From: Octopus vulgaris
Lineage: Eukaryota
Length of the DNA stretch: 64,000 nucleotides
NCBI GenBank assembly: GCA_951406725.2
Contig: OX597815.1
Coordinates: forward strand, 109,678,001-109,742,000
Direction: 5' to 3'
Part shown: positions 1 through 12,640 of the stretch, one piece after another
Numbering within the stretch: position 1 is the first letter of the stretch
Layout of the letters: every line of letters starts with the position of its first letter
Made by a program: the position numbers and the translations under genes
The notes under the pieces: generated by a model
What the model was told of the DNA's origin: nothing
Seen by the model: only the letters and a program-made list of their open reading frames with translations
The model's database searches: none

Positions 1-698
1 ATATACGCATATATTTCCGCTTTGTTTTTGGCACCCTGTCCAGAGCATAAACAAGTAGCAACCGCAATTAGACCTATAGAAGTTGCTGTAGTATTGATGA
101 TGACTTACTTTGATATTTATTTCAAAGCATTTGCTTAATAGAAAGAAAATTTGAAGATAAATTATGCAACGAAGCTAAATAAATAAATCATTTCTTAGTT
201 ACGTTATTCCACTACAACAAACTTCATATGCTTGTGTTTGTTGTCCTTATTATCTTCATTTTAGATTCTGTCTCATTTTGTCTGTCTGTTTGTCACTCTG
301 TCTGTATCATGGGCCCGCCTTATTCTGTTTCACGACTATCTGGTCTGTCTGTCTATGTTTCTATCTTTCTCTTTGTCTGTCACACTACCTGTCTGTCATT
401 TTCCCTCATTAATTTTGTGCTTGTGTGTGTATTTCTTAGTGTTTGCGACTACAAAATTGTCACCATTAATTACTTGAAATTACAGAAAGATAACTTTATT
501 AAAACACTGTTCCATTACTCTATACGTTCTTCATTTACACGCTATATGGAAACCATGCGTTTTGCTTATATTTTACAATCGTTACTGCTATAGAACAGCA
601 GTAATCTACGACATTTAATAAAATATATATTTATAATAAAGTATATATTTACTCGATCATTGAGCATTTGACACGTACTGCTTTGTCTATACGAGCAT

Positions 699-790
699 AT
701 GTATGTATGTATGTATGAATGTATGTATGTATGTATGTATGTATGTATGTATGTATGTATGTATGTATGTATGCATGCATGCATGTGTGC
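699..790. repeat. (TATG)n microsatellite
   Basis: Direct tetranucleotide run; representative of many similar runs across the window. Confidence 0.95.
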
Positions 791-829
791 ATGAGTGAGT
801 ATCTTTGTTGCTGAAGTGCAGGCTTATTG

Positions 830-1222
830 TTGAAGATTAGCCTTGTCAAGAAAGCCCGTTTTCTTCAGGATGTGCTGAGACAAATTTTTGCTATAGAGCT
901 GAGACCCAAACTTTGAACAAGAAGCTTAAAAAATGACTGTAGTATACATACAAAATGTTTCTTATCAGGGATCAAGACATCTCATATGGCGGGAGCACAA
1001 GAGCAAAGAGATTTATGGACATTATTGTTGGTCGACGGAAGTGTAGATTTTGTTGGTCTCTGCTCTCGTGCTGAACATGAGGCATATCATACGTTGTATT
1101 TTCAGAATCCCTCACACAAATATCGGACAAATACTACTCAACTACATCAATGTTTTGGGTAGAGACATACGAAATTCAGAACCTGCTAAAGCTAATGAGG
1201 AACAGTAGAACAGTGGGGCGGT
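830..1222 (+). mobile_element. Degenerate RTE/RTE-X-like LINE, 3' part of the RT ORF, followed by (AAT)n
   Basis: Frameshifted translation gives LLYRAETQTLNKKL, QDIS-WREHKSKEIYG, FVGLCSRAEHE, NYINVLGRDI and LMRN. The order matches the RTE C-terminal pattern LLYGxETWTL..NISW..H..YG..F.GHC.R..TYI. Confidence 0.6.
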
Positions 1223-1223
1223 T

Positions 1224-1288
<65 letters not shown>

Positions 1289-1310
1289 CATAATAATGAT
1301 AATAATAATG
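1224..1310. repeat. (AAT)n microsatellite
   Basis: Direct trinucleotide run. Confidence 0.95.
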
Positions 1311-1489
1311 ATATGACTGTCGTTGTGATTGTAGTGCTGAGTAAACAATTACCATGCAGAGTGAAGAATTATTTTTGTAAGCATGGCATAATAAAAGTAA
1401 TACTTACTACATATGCCTCAATTTACATCGATGACTTTGTGAAAATTATGGATATAACACTTCAGACAAGAGGTACAATCGTGTATCAG

Positions 1490-1868
1490 GAAAAAAGCCC
1501 GAAAGAAAGCTGATAAATCAAAACTTCTATGCGATTTTATTATCCATATAAACAATTGAATATTCTAGACGAGGCATCATTATATGTGATATTTAAAAAA
1601 TGCTTCATATTAATGTTATAATTCCTTCGCACAAAAGCGCTACGGACTACGAAAAGGAAAAAAATCTCGAAATATGATAGTTTAAAAGTCGAGATATCAA
1701 GAATTTGGGGGTTGCCCAGTAACAAAATAGAAAGTTGTACCAGTTACCATTGAGGAATTAGGTTCAATCCTCCCAAGAATTATCATGCGCTCTGAAGCAA
1801 TGAAACATCAACAATAGACATGTGAACCCTCCAAAAATCTATCCTCTTTCCAACACTTGATATTCCTG
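1490..1868 (+). mobile_element. Degenerate R4/Dong-type LINE 3' end (restriction-like endonuclease)
   Basis: Translation across frameshifts: KKISKYDSLKVEISRIWG, VVPVTIEELGSI, LQKSILFPT. Compare the RLE C-terminal pattern K..KY..L..EI.R.W..VVPV.IGALG..LQK..LLGT. Confidence 0.7.
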
Positions 1869-1872
1869 GATT

Positions 1873-2121
1873 TGTAAACATCTGTGAATTCTGTGTGAAT
1901 TAAGTGACTGCGATGTAAATAAAACTATAAATCTTCACTTTCTATTGACTTTTGAAAAAATGGTCTAATATTAAGCCGTTCATTCCTTCTGTTACAGGTT
2001 TTACATGCTCTAATATTAGACTATTTTCCATAGTCAATATACGATGAATGATTTTAATTCTATTTGCATAATTTTGCTCGCCAACGTTTCCTAATTCACA
2101 CAAAATCCGCACATGTTGACA
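1873..2121. repeat. Old imperfect inverted repeat / foldback, about 250 bp
   Basis: tgtaaacatctgtgaattctgtgtgaatta (1873) is the near reverse complement of taattcacacaaaatccgcacatgttgaca (ends 2121). Inner arms 1943-1973 and 2011-2039 also pair. Confidence 0.75.
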
Positions 2122-2369
2122 TATTTAACGTGTTCTTGAAATCAGTCGGCACACTTATCACGAAAATGAGTTGACTGGGTTCCTTTCTCACACATACAAA
2201 TACCTATTTTTCCGATATGGGGTTTATATGCCCAATTATTAGAATATTTTATATAGATAATATACAGTGAAGGATTATAATTCTGTCTCTAAAGTACGTG
2301 GATACATTTTGCAGAATGCCAAGTGCCAATAGCTGAGATGACGTATATAAAAACGAAACACTACAACTA

Positions 2370-2665
2370 TCAGAGGATGCACGAATGTGTGTCAGAGAGC
2401 TTGAAAAGACTGAAAAGTACAAGCTACTAAAAGATGAGGTTGCACGAATGTGAGTGTAAAGAGAGTAACATTAAGGGCCAAATTTGAAAACTTCAGACTT
2501 ACATAAAGATAGAACATGCTCAGAAGACTGGTTTATTGGGGTCAGAGAGGATTTTAAAATTAGTACTCGGATGTATCTTGGAAAAAGACCCTATGAGGAC
2601 ATAGACAACCGCTCTTACAGAATTAACCGGAGTAAGTGAAATCAGGAGTTCTGAGAAGTGAAATA
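2370..2665 (+). mobile_element. Degenerate R4/Dong-type LINE 3' end
   Basis: EDARMCVRELEKTEKYKLLKDEVARM* and [23 protein letters not shown] match the RLE C-terminus. Confidence 0.75.
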
Positions 2666-2686
2666 CTGGATACACAAATGCATATA

Positions 2687-2722
<36 letters not shown>

Positions 2723-2726
2723 CATG

Positions 2727-2781
<55 letters not shown>

Positions 2782-2801
2782 CATATATATATATATATAG
2801 A

Positions 2802-2852
<51 letters not shown>

Positions 2853-2994
2853 ACAGGCCAAGATTAATATCAAAATTTCTTATATATATATAGATAGATA
2901 TGTGTGTGTGTGTATATTTGTAAACGAAGAGGAGAGTGGAGAGTTATTCACATCCAAAACGTTTTATTAAAACGTTTTCTACAGCATATATAAC

Positions 2995-3082
2995 AATAAC
3001 CAAACATGTTTCAATTGCACCAACTACACATTACTCTGTATGCAATTATGCATCTTAGTCACTGCAATTTCATCAAGGGTCC
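2995..3082 (-). ncRNA. Degenerate hammerhead-ribozyme-like motif with long stem II, in a ~210-bp insert (about 2925-3142) between TA/TG microsatellites
   Basis: Minus strand reads gaccc-UUGAUGA-AAUUGCA-(~43 nt)-UGCAAUU-GAAAC-AU-GUU-uggu: core with C3>U, 7-bp stem II, palindromic ACAUGU stem III. Confidence 0.55.
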
Positions 3083-3143
3083 ATCACTTACGACGTTTTT
3101 AAAGTAAACTAATCCAGAGAAGCTTCCTGCGTTGGTATTCACG

Positions 3144-3174
<31 letters not shown>

Positions 3175-3189
3175 TATATATATACGATG

Positions 3190-3233
<44 letters not shown>

Positions 3234-3268
3234 GTATATATATATACGATGTTATATATATATACACG

Positions 3269-3304
<36 letters not shown>

Positions 3305-3307
3305 ATA

Positions 3308-3544
3308 CAGTAATCCCTCGTCTATTGTAGGTGTTACGTTCCAAAACCCCACGCGATGGGTGAAAATCCGCTAAGTAGAAAAAGTACAGTACTGAATATT
3401 TTTTTTCATTACTTTTATAATTTGCATATAGTTATTTTATTATAAATGTAAAACAACACCACGGAGAAATCGGCATGAGCTTAAATAATATACCGTGATA
3501 TGTGTACCGCGATAAGTGAACCGCAATATGGCAAAGGAAAACTA
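3308..3544. mobile_element. Tc1/mariner (pogo/Tigger-like) MITE, degenerate
   Basis: Left end TA|CAGTAATCCCTCG; decayed right end ...gcaaaggaaaacta|TA; AT-rich interior. Confidence 0.6.
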
Positions 3545-4201
3545 TACAAACACACACACACGCATATTTAATATATATATATATATAAATGAGTTTTCGC
3601 TATAATGCTCAGAGTTTCTGGTTACACCAATTACACCAAAATATTCACCCTTTTCTTTTCTATTGCTTGAGCGATCGCACATGAAAGACGGAGGAGATTG
3701 GAATGAGTATACACGCATATATACATATATACATATTATATATATATACACACACACATGTATTTTCATACACATACACACATACACATTCCTATTAGCT
3801 GCTATCCAAAACAACTGCAAAGGTAGCATGCCTGTATGCATGACTCAAAACAAAGTAATCATATAACTCCCCCTTCCTCGAATTCCTTTCCTTCTCAAAT
3901 AAATCGTCTACGATATCAGGCTTACGATTCTGGAATTCTATTGGGCTAAGATAAGAGTTTTAACGACGACACTGACCTATTGAAATGCTTTAAATACAAA
4001 AACATCAGTCACACTTAGACTGCAGAGCTGATCCAACCATGTCAATAGTAGTTGCAACGATGAGTCAAACACCGCCTCATCATTTATGCAATGTTTGTTG
4101 TTAGGAAGGAAACAGTGGCCAGCCAGCATGACACAAATAAGTAGGGGTGGGAGTAGGGAATAGACAAACGATATATAAATAAGTGAGGGGAAAAAAAAAG
4201 A

Positions 4202-4263
<62 letters not shown>

Positions 4264-4431
4264 CACCACCACCACCACCACCACCACCACCACCACCACC
4301 ACCACCACCACCACCACCACCACAACCGCCACCACCACCACCACCATATACTACTACTACTACTAATAATAATAATAATAATAACAATAATAATAATAAT
4401 AATAATGATGATGATAATAATGATAATAATG

Positions 4432-4486
<55 letters not shown>

Positions 4487-4508
4487 CAACAACAACAACA
4501 ACAACAAC

Positions 4509-4555
<47 letters not shown>

Positions 4556-4582
4556 TAATAATAATAGTAATAATAATAATAA
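4202..4582. repeat. Compound trinucleotide microsatellite (CTA/CCA/ATA/ATG/ACA)
   Basis: In-phase consecutive trinucleotide runs; source of the poly-L/G/S/H/Y ORFs. Confidence 0.95.
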
Positions 4583-4683
4583 ATTACCTAATATTGTTAT
4601 ATTGATTCACCCTAGCTGTGCTGTTTATTCATTAATTTCCTAAACGCTTACGTGCATTTATGTGTGTGTGTATGCATTTTTGC

Positions 4684-4759
<76 letters not shown>

Positions 4760-5012
4760 ATAAACACATACACATACACATATGTGTGTATGTGTGCATG
4801 AATGCATGTATGTATGTATGTATATAAACACAAACATTTACACACATACGTTAACGAATGAGAAATCAGGTAATAGTCAATATGTGATTCATTCGTTTAT
4901 TTAAATTGCGATTTGTGTTGTGCGTGTCACTGTTGAAGTTAAAGTGATATAGAGCGTGAAACACAAGATGTTCAGAGGTTCATGGGTGAAACATAAACAC
5001 ACACACACACAT

Positions 5013-5047
<35 letters not shown>

Positions 5048-5054
5048 CATATAT

Positions 5055-5218
5055 ACGACGGGATTCTTTCAGTTTCCGTCTACCAAATCCACTCACAAGG
5101 CTTTGGTCGGCCCAAGTCTATAGTAGAAGACACTTGCCCATGGTGACACGCAGTGGGAATGAACCCGAAACCATGTGGTTGGTAAGCAAGCTATTTACCA
5201 CACAGCCACTCTTGTGTC
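5055..5218 (-). mobile_element. tRNA-derived SINE family A, head part (octopus OR/OK-like, CORE-SINE-like)
   Basis: Minus strand has A-box TGGCTGTGTGG, B-box GGTTCATTCCC, a CCATGGGCAAGT core, and ends GAAACTGAAAGAATCCCGTCGT; multiple copies in the window. Confidence 0.85.
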
Positions 5219-5235
5219 TATGTATATATGTATAT

Positions 5236-5545
5236 TCTTTTATTCATTTACTTGTTTCAGTTGTTTTGACTGTGGCCATGCTGGACCAACGCCTTTTATT
5301 CAAGGAAATCGACCTCTGGACTTACTCTTTGCAAGCCATGTACTTAATCTATCGGTCTCTTTTGCTGAACACAGACACAAATATATATATATTATATATA
5401 TATATAATATATATACGACAAGCTTCATTCAGTTTCCGTCTACCAAATCCACTCACAAGGCTTTGGTCAGCCCGAGGCTATAGTAGAAGACACAAGCCCA
5501 AGGTGACCGGCAGCGGGACTGAACACGAACATGTTGGAGAGCAAT
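5236..5545 (-). mobile_element. SINE family A: tail part (5236-5375), internal TA run, and truncated head (5414-5545)
   Basis: Similar to 5055-5218 and to the tail parts at 17205, 38420 and 48905 (tgtttcagt..tggccatgctgg..ctatcggtctcttttgc.gaac). Confidence 0.8.
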
Positions 5546-5547
5546 AC

Positions 5548-5610
<63 letters not shown>

Positions 5611-5638
5611 TATATGTATATATATGTATATATATACA

Positions 5639-5671
<33 letters not shown>

Positions 5672-5883
5672 ATACATATATATGTATGTGTATTTATGTG
5701 TGTGTGTGTGTGTGTGTGTATAAATGTGTGAATCTAAGTAAGTCTTGTGCATATGTGTGCATGAGTGATAATGTGAGTGCATACGATTTTGTTTACGTAC
5801 TTTGTATCTCTCTGTGTATATATGTATGATATTTAAAGTGTTCATCTTATTGATTTATTTCTTGAATTCATGATTATGCATAC

Positions 5884-5944
<61 letters not shown>

Positions 5945-8039
5945 TATTCATGTGTGAGTGGGGGGGGGGGCTATTCGGTATAGTTTTAATCTAGCAGTTT
6001 TATAGTTATTGTATATTTCATAATAACTGACGTTCCGATGTAGTTATCGGAAGTAGTAATAGCTATATACTTATATATATATACATACATATATATATAT
6101 ATATGTGGGGGGGTGTAAACTTACATTTCTATTACTATATATTCAATAATTCTTAGGATGCCTTGTATTATGAATTCATCGCTATCGTCCCTTTCTCTCT
6201 CTCTCCCTCTCTCTCTCTCTCCCTCCCTCTCTCCATTCGTTCTCTCATTCACTTTCTCTCATTTTTGAAGAATTAGCCTTATACATATACATATGTATCC
6301 GGTTGTATATAATGTATATTATACAGATGCTTGTGTATATAGATAGGTGTGTATGTGTATAAATACACCTATATATGTGTATCCATAGGCACCCCACCCC
6401 CACATGCGCACACGCATACGAAAAGTCCAATGGGTAACAAATATATTTATCTTGTTATGTTATACGCATACATTTTTATGTTCTTAGCTACGAATTTCTG
6501 CGTTTAGATTTCGAATCACTATGGAGTCATATTCACGTTTCAGACTTTCTTGTAAAATATATACACTCAGTATATACAAATCCTTATTTGTTCATTCATT
6601 TTGAGCGTGCATATGTCTGCTTCCGCTTGTCAACCTAGTCTATGCACCCCTTTTCTAGTCAGGTAAAAAGTAGAACAATTTAGATGCGAATTTAAGTGAT
6701 GTACTAATATCGAATTTCTTCCATTTTATCTTTTACCAAATTTTGGGTGTTTTGCCAATGCTAGAATTCAATATTTATTTTATTGAGAAGAATACTTTCT
6801 TTCTTCAATTTTTTTTCGGAATTATCTTTTTTCTCATCTTATATTTTTGAATCATTTTTTATGATATTTTTTATTGAATTAATATCTTCTATTTTTTTTA
6901 AAATATTTTATGTAGTAAATATTCCCATATATATACTATACTGGGGGCACAAATAAATACATTTTACTGGTTTTGAGATACTATAATATACGATATCTTT
7001 ATACGAAGCTAATAAACTATTTATTTACAAGTTATTTTCTTTAGCTTATTTACTATAACAAATAAAAAGAGAGTAAAAATATAGTACAAGTGAGAAAAAA
7101 GATAGAATGTGTCAATTATAGTTATCCTTAGTTAAAAATAATTCTGCAATAATTGTTATTTTAGATATTTTCGTTAAAATCTACAGCTGTTATTAACTTT
7201 GTATTATTTTAAGAGATTATAAAGCAATTCGTATTTTATTTATTTATTTATGGCGTGGGATGATGTGTGCATATGTCTGTGTGAGCGTATGTAACTGAAG
7301 TGATGGGAAATCGTCAATTGAGGTTGATTCACAGCATCATATTGCTATTTGTGTGAGAGCCAGAGGGAAGAAAATCGACCTATATGCAACGTGTAACATC
7401 TCATTCACTCGCCCACTCCCTCTCTCAAGACTTTCTTTTTCTCCTTCTCTTCTCCCCCCTCTCTGGTTTTCTATCGCTCTTTTTCCATTTGTTGGCGGTG
7501 ATTTTATATTTGTATTCTTCTAACATCTATTGCGTGAATATTTGTATTTCATTTTATGCTAAATATAAAATATTTTCTATTGAAAGTTCTTTTAGACAGT
7601 TTGAAGTAGCTGGGGTGTCGATAAATGTTCTCTCGCTACCCCACACTCTCTCTCTCTTTTTCTCTAATTCTCACCCTCCTTTCTCTACACCTCTGTCTCT
7701 CACCTCCATTTATAAGTGTGTTTTATGAGTGTGCGCACAGACAAACAAATACACATATATACATATATAATTGTATATTGAGTACACGACTACATACACA
7801 CAAGTGTACGGATTATTACGCACTCTCACTCTCACAAACACACTCATACATTATAATGGTGTACTGAATGCATAAATGGTATCTCATTTTATATTCTTTT
7901 CAATGATATTTTAATTTTTTCATAGGAATTCCTTAATGTGTTAGAAAAATAGAGTCTGTAAACAACCCTCACCGACAAGGGTAATTCAGAGCGTTTCCCT
8001 ATATATTATGTATGTACATATGTGTATATAGTTATATAT

Positions 8040-8430
8040 GCGCAGCCATGGCTGTGTGGTTAGAAGTTTGCTTCAGAGCCACAAGTGGTTTCTACAATAG
8101 CCTTGGATCAACCAATACCTTGTGAGCAAATTTAGTTGCCGGAAACTGAAACAAGCCCGTCGCACACACACGCATGCATACACACACGCACTCACTCACA
8201 CACACACATATATTATATATGAGTGTGTGAGTAGTTTTGTTTGTGTTTGACAAGCGGTGGTGGTGTGTTTAAGTCCCCTTAACTTAGCAGTTCGACAAAA
8301 GATTTCGATAGAACAAGTATCAAGCTTTACAAAATAATAAGAACGGGAGTTGATTCGTTCTTCAAGGTGGTGCCCCAGTATGGCCGGAATTTAGTGACTT
8401 AAATGACTTAAATAAGTATATGATAAAAGA
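8040..8430 (+). mobile_element. SINE family A, bipartite copy (head, CA/TG microsatellite, tail)
   Basis: gcgcagccatggctgtgtggttagaag...ggaaactgaaacaagcccgtcg, then microsatellite, then gacaagcggtggtggtgtgttt...ggtggtgccccagtatggccg. Confidence 0.8.
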
Positions 8431-8460
8431 TGTGTGTGTGTATGTGTGTATGTGTATATC

Positions 8461-8503
<43 letters not shown>

Positions 8504-8587
8504 ATTATATATATATATATAGTACTCGAATACCAGAGGTATAATAATATGCTTCATTGAAAAGCAGTAGAAATATCCCAAAAATTT

Positions 8588-8624
<37 letters not shown>

Positions 8625-9084
8625 TGTATGTATGTATATACGTATATATAACTGCCAGCTTTGAATTTCTGTTTACCCCATCAGATGGCAGACTGGTAGA
8701 TTTCTCTCTTAATCAGTATAGTGGATAGGTTTGGGTAACTGGTGCAACAGAGTAAACAAGGTATGCCGCTAAACATTTTTAGACTTGAAGTCGCAAATCA
8801 GAAACGTGTAAGTGCATTAACAGTTTACATACTCTCTTCATATATCAACGTGCCAAACTGTTCTCTACGATTTAGAGAAGCAACTAGCCTCTTGCGTTTT
8901 CGTAATCGGGCGGTCTTATATCAGCCTGCAGTTGTTTGTATGTTTTTATATTGCTCAGCATGTTGAATTGCTATGTAGTGCTGTGCTGGGTGATCTTTAT
9001 TATTTTCCTGCATAAATGTTGTTTCGGCTATCTGATCAATAGAGTTTCCTATTGAAAGGCTAATGTCTTAACGATGTTGTTTCC

Positions 9085-9265
9085 GATTTAGGTACAAGAC
9101 CAGTATTAGAAAGTTAAAGGAATTAGTCGAATACATTGATTCCAATTCTTGAGTAATACTTTAATTTCATTGAACACAAACACGACGGAAAGCAAAGCGG
9201 TCCTCAGCATAATTTAAACTCAGAACATAATGTTTCAGAACAAATGCCACACGGTATTTTGTGTG
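9085..9265 (-). mobile_element. SINE family B, degenerate
   Basis: Reverse-complement similarity to copies at 29281 and 48521 (aaagcaaagcggtcctcagcataatttaaactcagaac). Confidence 0.55.
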
Positions 9266-9561
9266 ATTGTAAAAAATTAGACCTAAACGTATCTTTTGGT
9301 CATTGTGGTAGGTGGTTCTCTGATCGTACTGGACCTAAGCTAAGTTGAATATAAACTCTCATGTATGACAAGAGTTTGAAGTGAAGACCAGTAAGATAAA
9401 AGTATAAACAGTTAAACATTCAAATTCAAACAAGAAGAAGGCTACCAGTCGAGAGATATACGTTATACTATTTTAAAGAAATGTTTTCTCATTTTGTTGT
9501 TTTGTTGTTATTATGAAACTTTGCGTAAACATATAAGTGCACCGATCCACAACCTATTCAA

Positions 9562-9646
<85 letters not shown>

Positions 9647-9687
9647 GCACATACACACACAAACATGTTTATGTATGTATATGTATA

Positions 9688-10010
9688 TCGAAATCACATG
9701 ATCTGGTAGTCTCAGCTGTGATGGTAGCTGATCGGCTCCCGCTGGCGATATAAACAAGAGTGCCTATATGCACCACAAACCCATATGGGAGTGTATATAT
9801 ACATACACACACAAACATACACACACATACATGCGTATGTATGTATATGTATATATATGTCGAAATCACGTGACTGGTAGTCTCAGTAGCTGCGATGGTA
9901 GCTGATCGTCTCCCGCTGGCGATATAAACAAGCCCATATGGGAGGTTCTCTCGTGGCAACTATTGCAGTGTTCTGTGTTCAAGCATAGCATCAACTTCAA
10001 GTGGGGATAA
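9688..10010 (+). repeat. Two tandem copies of a ~100-140 bp LTR-like unit separated by microsatellite
   Basis: cgaaatcac.tga.tggtagtctcag...gatggtagctgatcg.ctcccgctggcgatataaacaag...cccatatgggag at 9688-9791 and 9858-9945. Copy 2 starts TGT and has ...CA followed by AGTGG. Confidence 0.6.
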
Positions 10011-10111
10011 ATATTATATTATATTCTGTATATATTTATTCTTTGTTTCTTCCTCTCCCTCTACCTCTTTTTCTCCACATATACATATACTTACATACAT
10101 ATAAATATACT

Positions 10112-10156
<45 letters not shown>

Positions 10157-10169
10157 GTGTGTGTGTGCG

Positions 10170-10685
10170 TGAATATTCCCATCAAAGCTTCTGTCAAATG
10201 TAAGCATAATATTTTCCCATCAAAGCTACTATCAAATGTAAGCATAACATAAATGTAAGCCTGTTTGGGACAGAGGAGCAAAGGTATATACCATCATAGA
10301 GGTCAGCTGCCCTACAGATATAAATATCTCTTTGAAAATCAAAGAAAAAGAGGATATCTATGGACAACTGCTTCGAAACCTCCAGCTTCTATATTCAGAC
10401 AATGAACTCATATTCACACGAATAATAATTGGAACAATAGGTTTTGTTAGTAAATGCTTAAAGGAGAATCTGGAGAAACTAGGATTTTCAGAAAGGGAAA
10501 ATTACCGGCTGATTCGTACATTACAGGTCCAGTCTGTGAGTGGAAAAGTAAAAATATGCAAAACTTTTCTCAAGTTCCGAATGTGAATTTGTCTCTGTTA
10601 ACTACATCCCAAAGATAGAGCTTTGTATCTTTGTTGGAAACCGGCTCCATCCTCAGTGGAAGATCTATAATAATTAAAAAATAGA
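10170..10685 (+). mobile_element. 5'-truncated RLE-type non-LTR retrotransposon (R2/R4 group) 3' end with 3' UTR, in TG/CA microsatellite
   Basis: NIPIKASVKCKHN, then VWDRGAKVYTIIEVSCPTDINISL continuing into ORF 10332-10586 (KIKEKEDIYGQL...IIIGTIG...LQVQSVSGKVKICKTF). 3' UTR hairpin CAAAGATA/TATCTTTG. Confidence 0.8.
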
Positions 10686-11694
10686 ACACACACACACATA
10701 CGTGTGTGTGTATATATATATATATATAATTCGAAGAAGCGAAGCACGGTACCAGAATTTTCGACTCGAGTCAAATATAACAAACTACACCACAGGATCC
10801 GCATGGCGAGTTTGCACTGGCATGGAGTCGTATAAGTTACAATAATGAAATCAAACCAAATAGTGTTATATGTATACGTATGTATGTATCTATATATGTA
10901 TATATTTCTTTACGTCTTTCTATAAACTATACATGTTTACAAGCAAAAATTAATATATTACTCAATGGAAGTGTAGTTTAAAACATATATGATATAACAT
11001 ATTAATAATAGGTCATCTTTGGTGCTATAAAACCATAAGAATTTTCTAATTATCTGAGATTTCGATTAAATATCGACATTTTGAGGAGTACCTTCTGAAA
11101 TATTTCATACACACACCACCATCTGATTAGAGAGACCAACGCATAATTATTATATATGTTTTCCGTCATAAACGTCTTCCTGCTTACCTATATATTTTAC
11201 TCTTGTTTTACAAACTTAATGGCGTTTCTAATCAAACTTTATTCTTTATAACTGTACACGCTTCGTAATTTCCCCATATTTCTTTTCCTATTTTCGTGTT
11301 TTCGAGTTCTACTGCAGTTTCTAATTTTTGCTGTTATATGTTTTTTCTATACTCTTACATCATATAATTCGTTATCTCCCTAAGGGAAATTGGTCATACG
11401 TACACACACCTACAAACACGCAGCCATACTAATATTTATATGTGAGAAATTATTATCTTTATGATATTATCCAGTATAATTAACCGGAATATTACTTTTC
11501 AAATGAACTTTATTTTTGGGATTTCCATTTAATTTATCGTATAGTTTATTGAACTTTTAACTAGCTACAAAATTCTAAGCAACAATATATTATCTTAATT
11601 AACTGATTCATAATTTTATATATATTTACTTACGTATGTATGGTTGTGTGCGTATTTATACCTACATACATACACACACACACATACATACACG

Positions 11695-11737
<43 letters not shown>

Positions 11738-11819
11738 GTATGTATGCATGCATCTATGTATATTTCTATGTATATATGTATGCATATATATATGTTTGTA
11801 TGCATGTATACACACACAC

Positions 11820-11874
<55 letters not shown>

Positions 11875-11875
11875 A

Positions 11876-11930
<55 letters not shown>

Positions 11931-12180
11931 CTGCATTGTATACGTGTATGTATGCATTAATGTACACTGATGCATACATAAATCATATGGCTAGAAATTT
12001 GTTATTCAGGCTGGCGTTGTGTCGGATGGCACCGCCGACTCTTTCTATTCCTTTGCATTTTGTATCTCGGACTATACGTGTAGTCTGGACCCTTAACGAG
12101 AGCTGTCAAGTGATATTGATGTGCAATGTTAAATTTGATTTGAGCACAGACTTTGCTTTATATTCACTACGCCAGTCTAC

Positions 12181-12222
12181 AAAATATACTATCCAAAATA
12201 TACTATCCAAAATATACTATCC
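12181..12222. repeat. 14-bp tandem repeat x3 (AAAATATACTATCC)
   Basis: Three exact consecutive units. Confidence 0.9.
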
Positions 12223-12254
12223 ATTTCTATCAAAACAAAAGTAAGCCTGTAAGC

Positions 12255-12640
12255 AGTTATTTGATTTGCTAGAAATATTAACCATATCTGCGCCATATGT
12301 AAACCTCTTGTCTTAAAAATGGGCACATTGGATTATGTGATGTAAGACAAAAGGCGCGATGCGAGAAGTAGAAATTTAACCAAAATATAATGTTATCTAT
12401 ATTTCTAGAAATATGTAGTAAACATATGAAAGTTCTGTCACTGCCCTGACAATGCTGTATTGTAAGGTGCCCCTTAAGGTGTTGAAGTATTTTATTATTT
12501 CACTGGGTACGGTTTTACGATGTTTCACAACAAGTTACTAACAGCACAGGGATGTTGAACATCATAAAACAGCCAAACTGATTTGCAAGGAATATGACCA
12601 GACAGAACGTAGCCCTCGATGTATGTAACGTTAGACTAAG
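12255..12640 (+). mobile_element. Old dispersed repeat family D (SINE-like). Other degraded copies near 43000, 45225, 46570(-), 47055(-), 51590, 56780 and 63530(-)
   Basis: Recurring motifs gctagaaata..a.cca.atct, ..gtcttaaaaa..ggcacattggat.atgt and tttgatcataggtc.gct. Confidence 0.45.

Noticed and set aside
228-593. 121-aa hydrophobic ORF
   Set aside because: Derived from T-rich, (TCTG)-like low-complexity sequence; no family motif.
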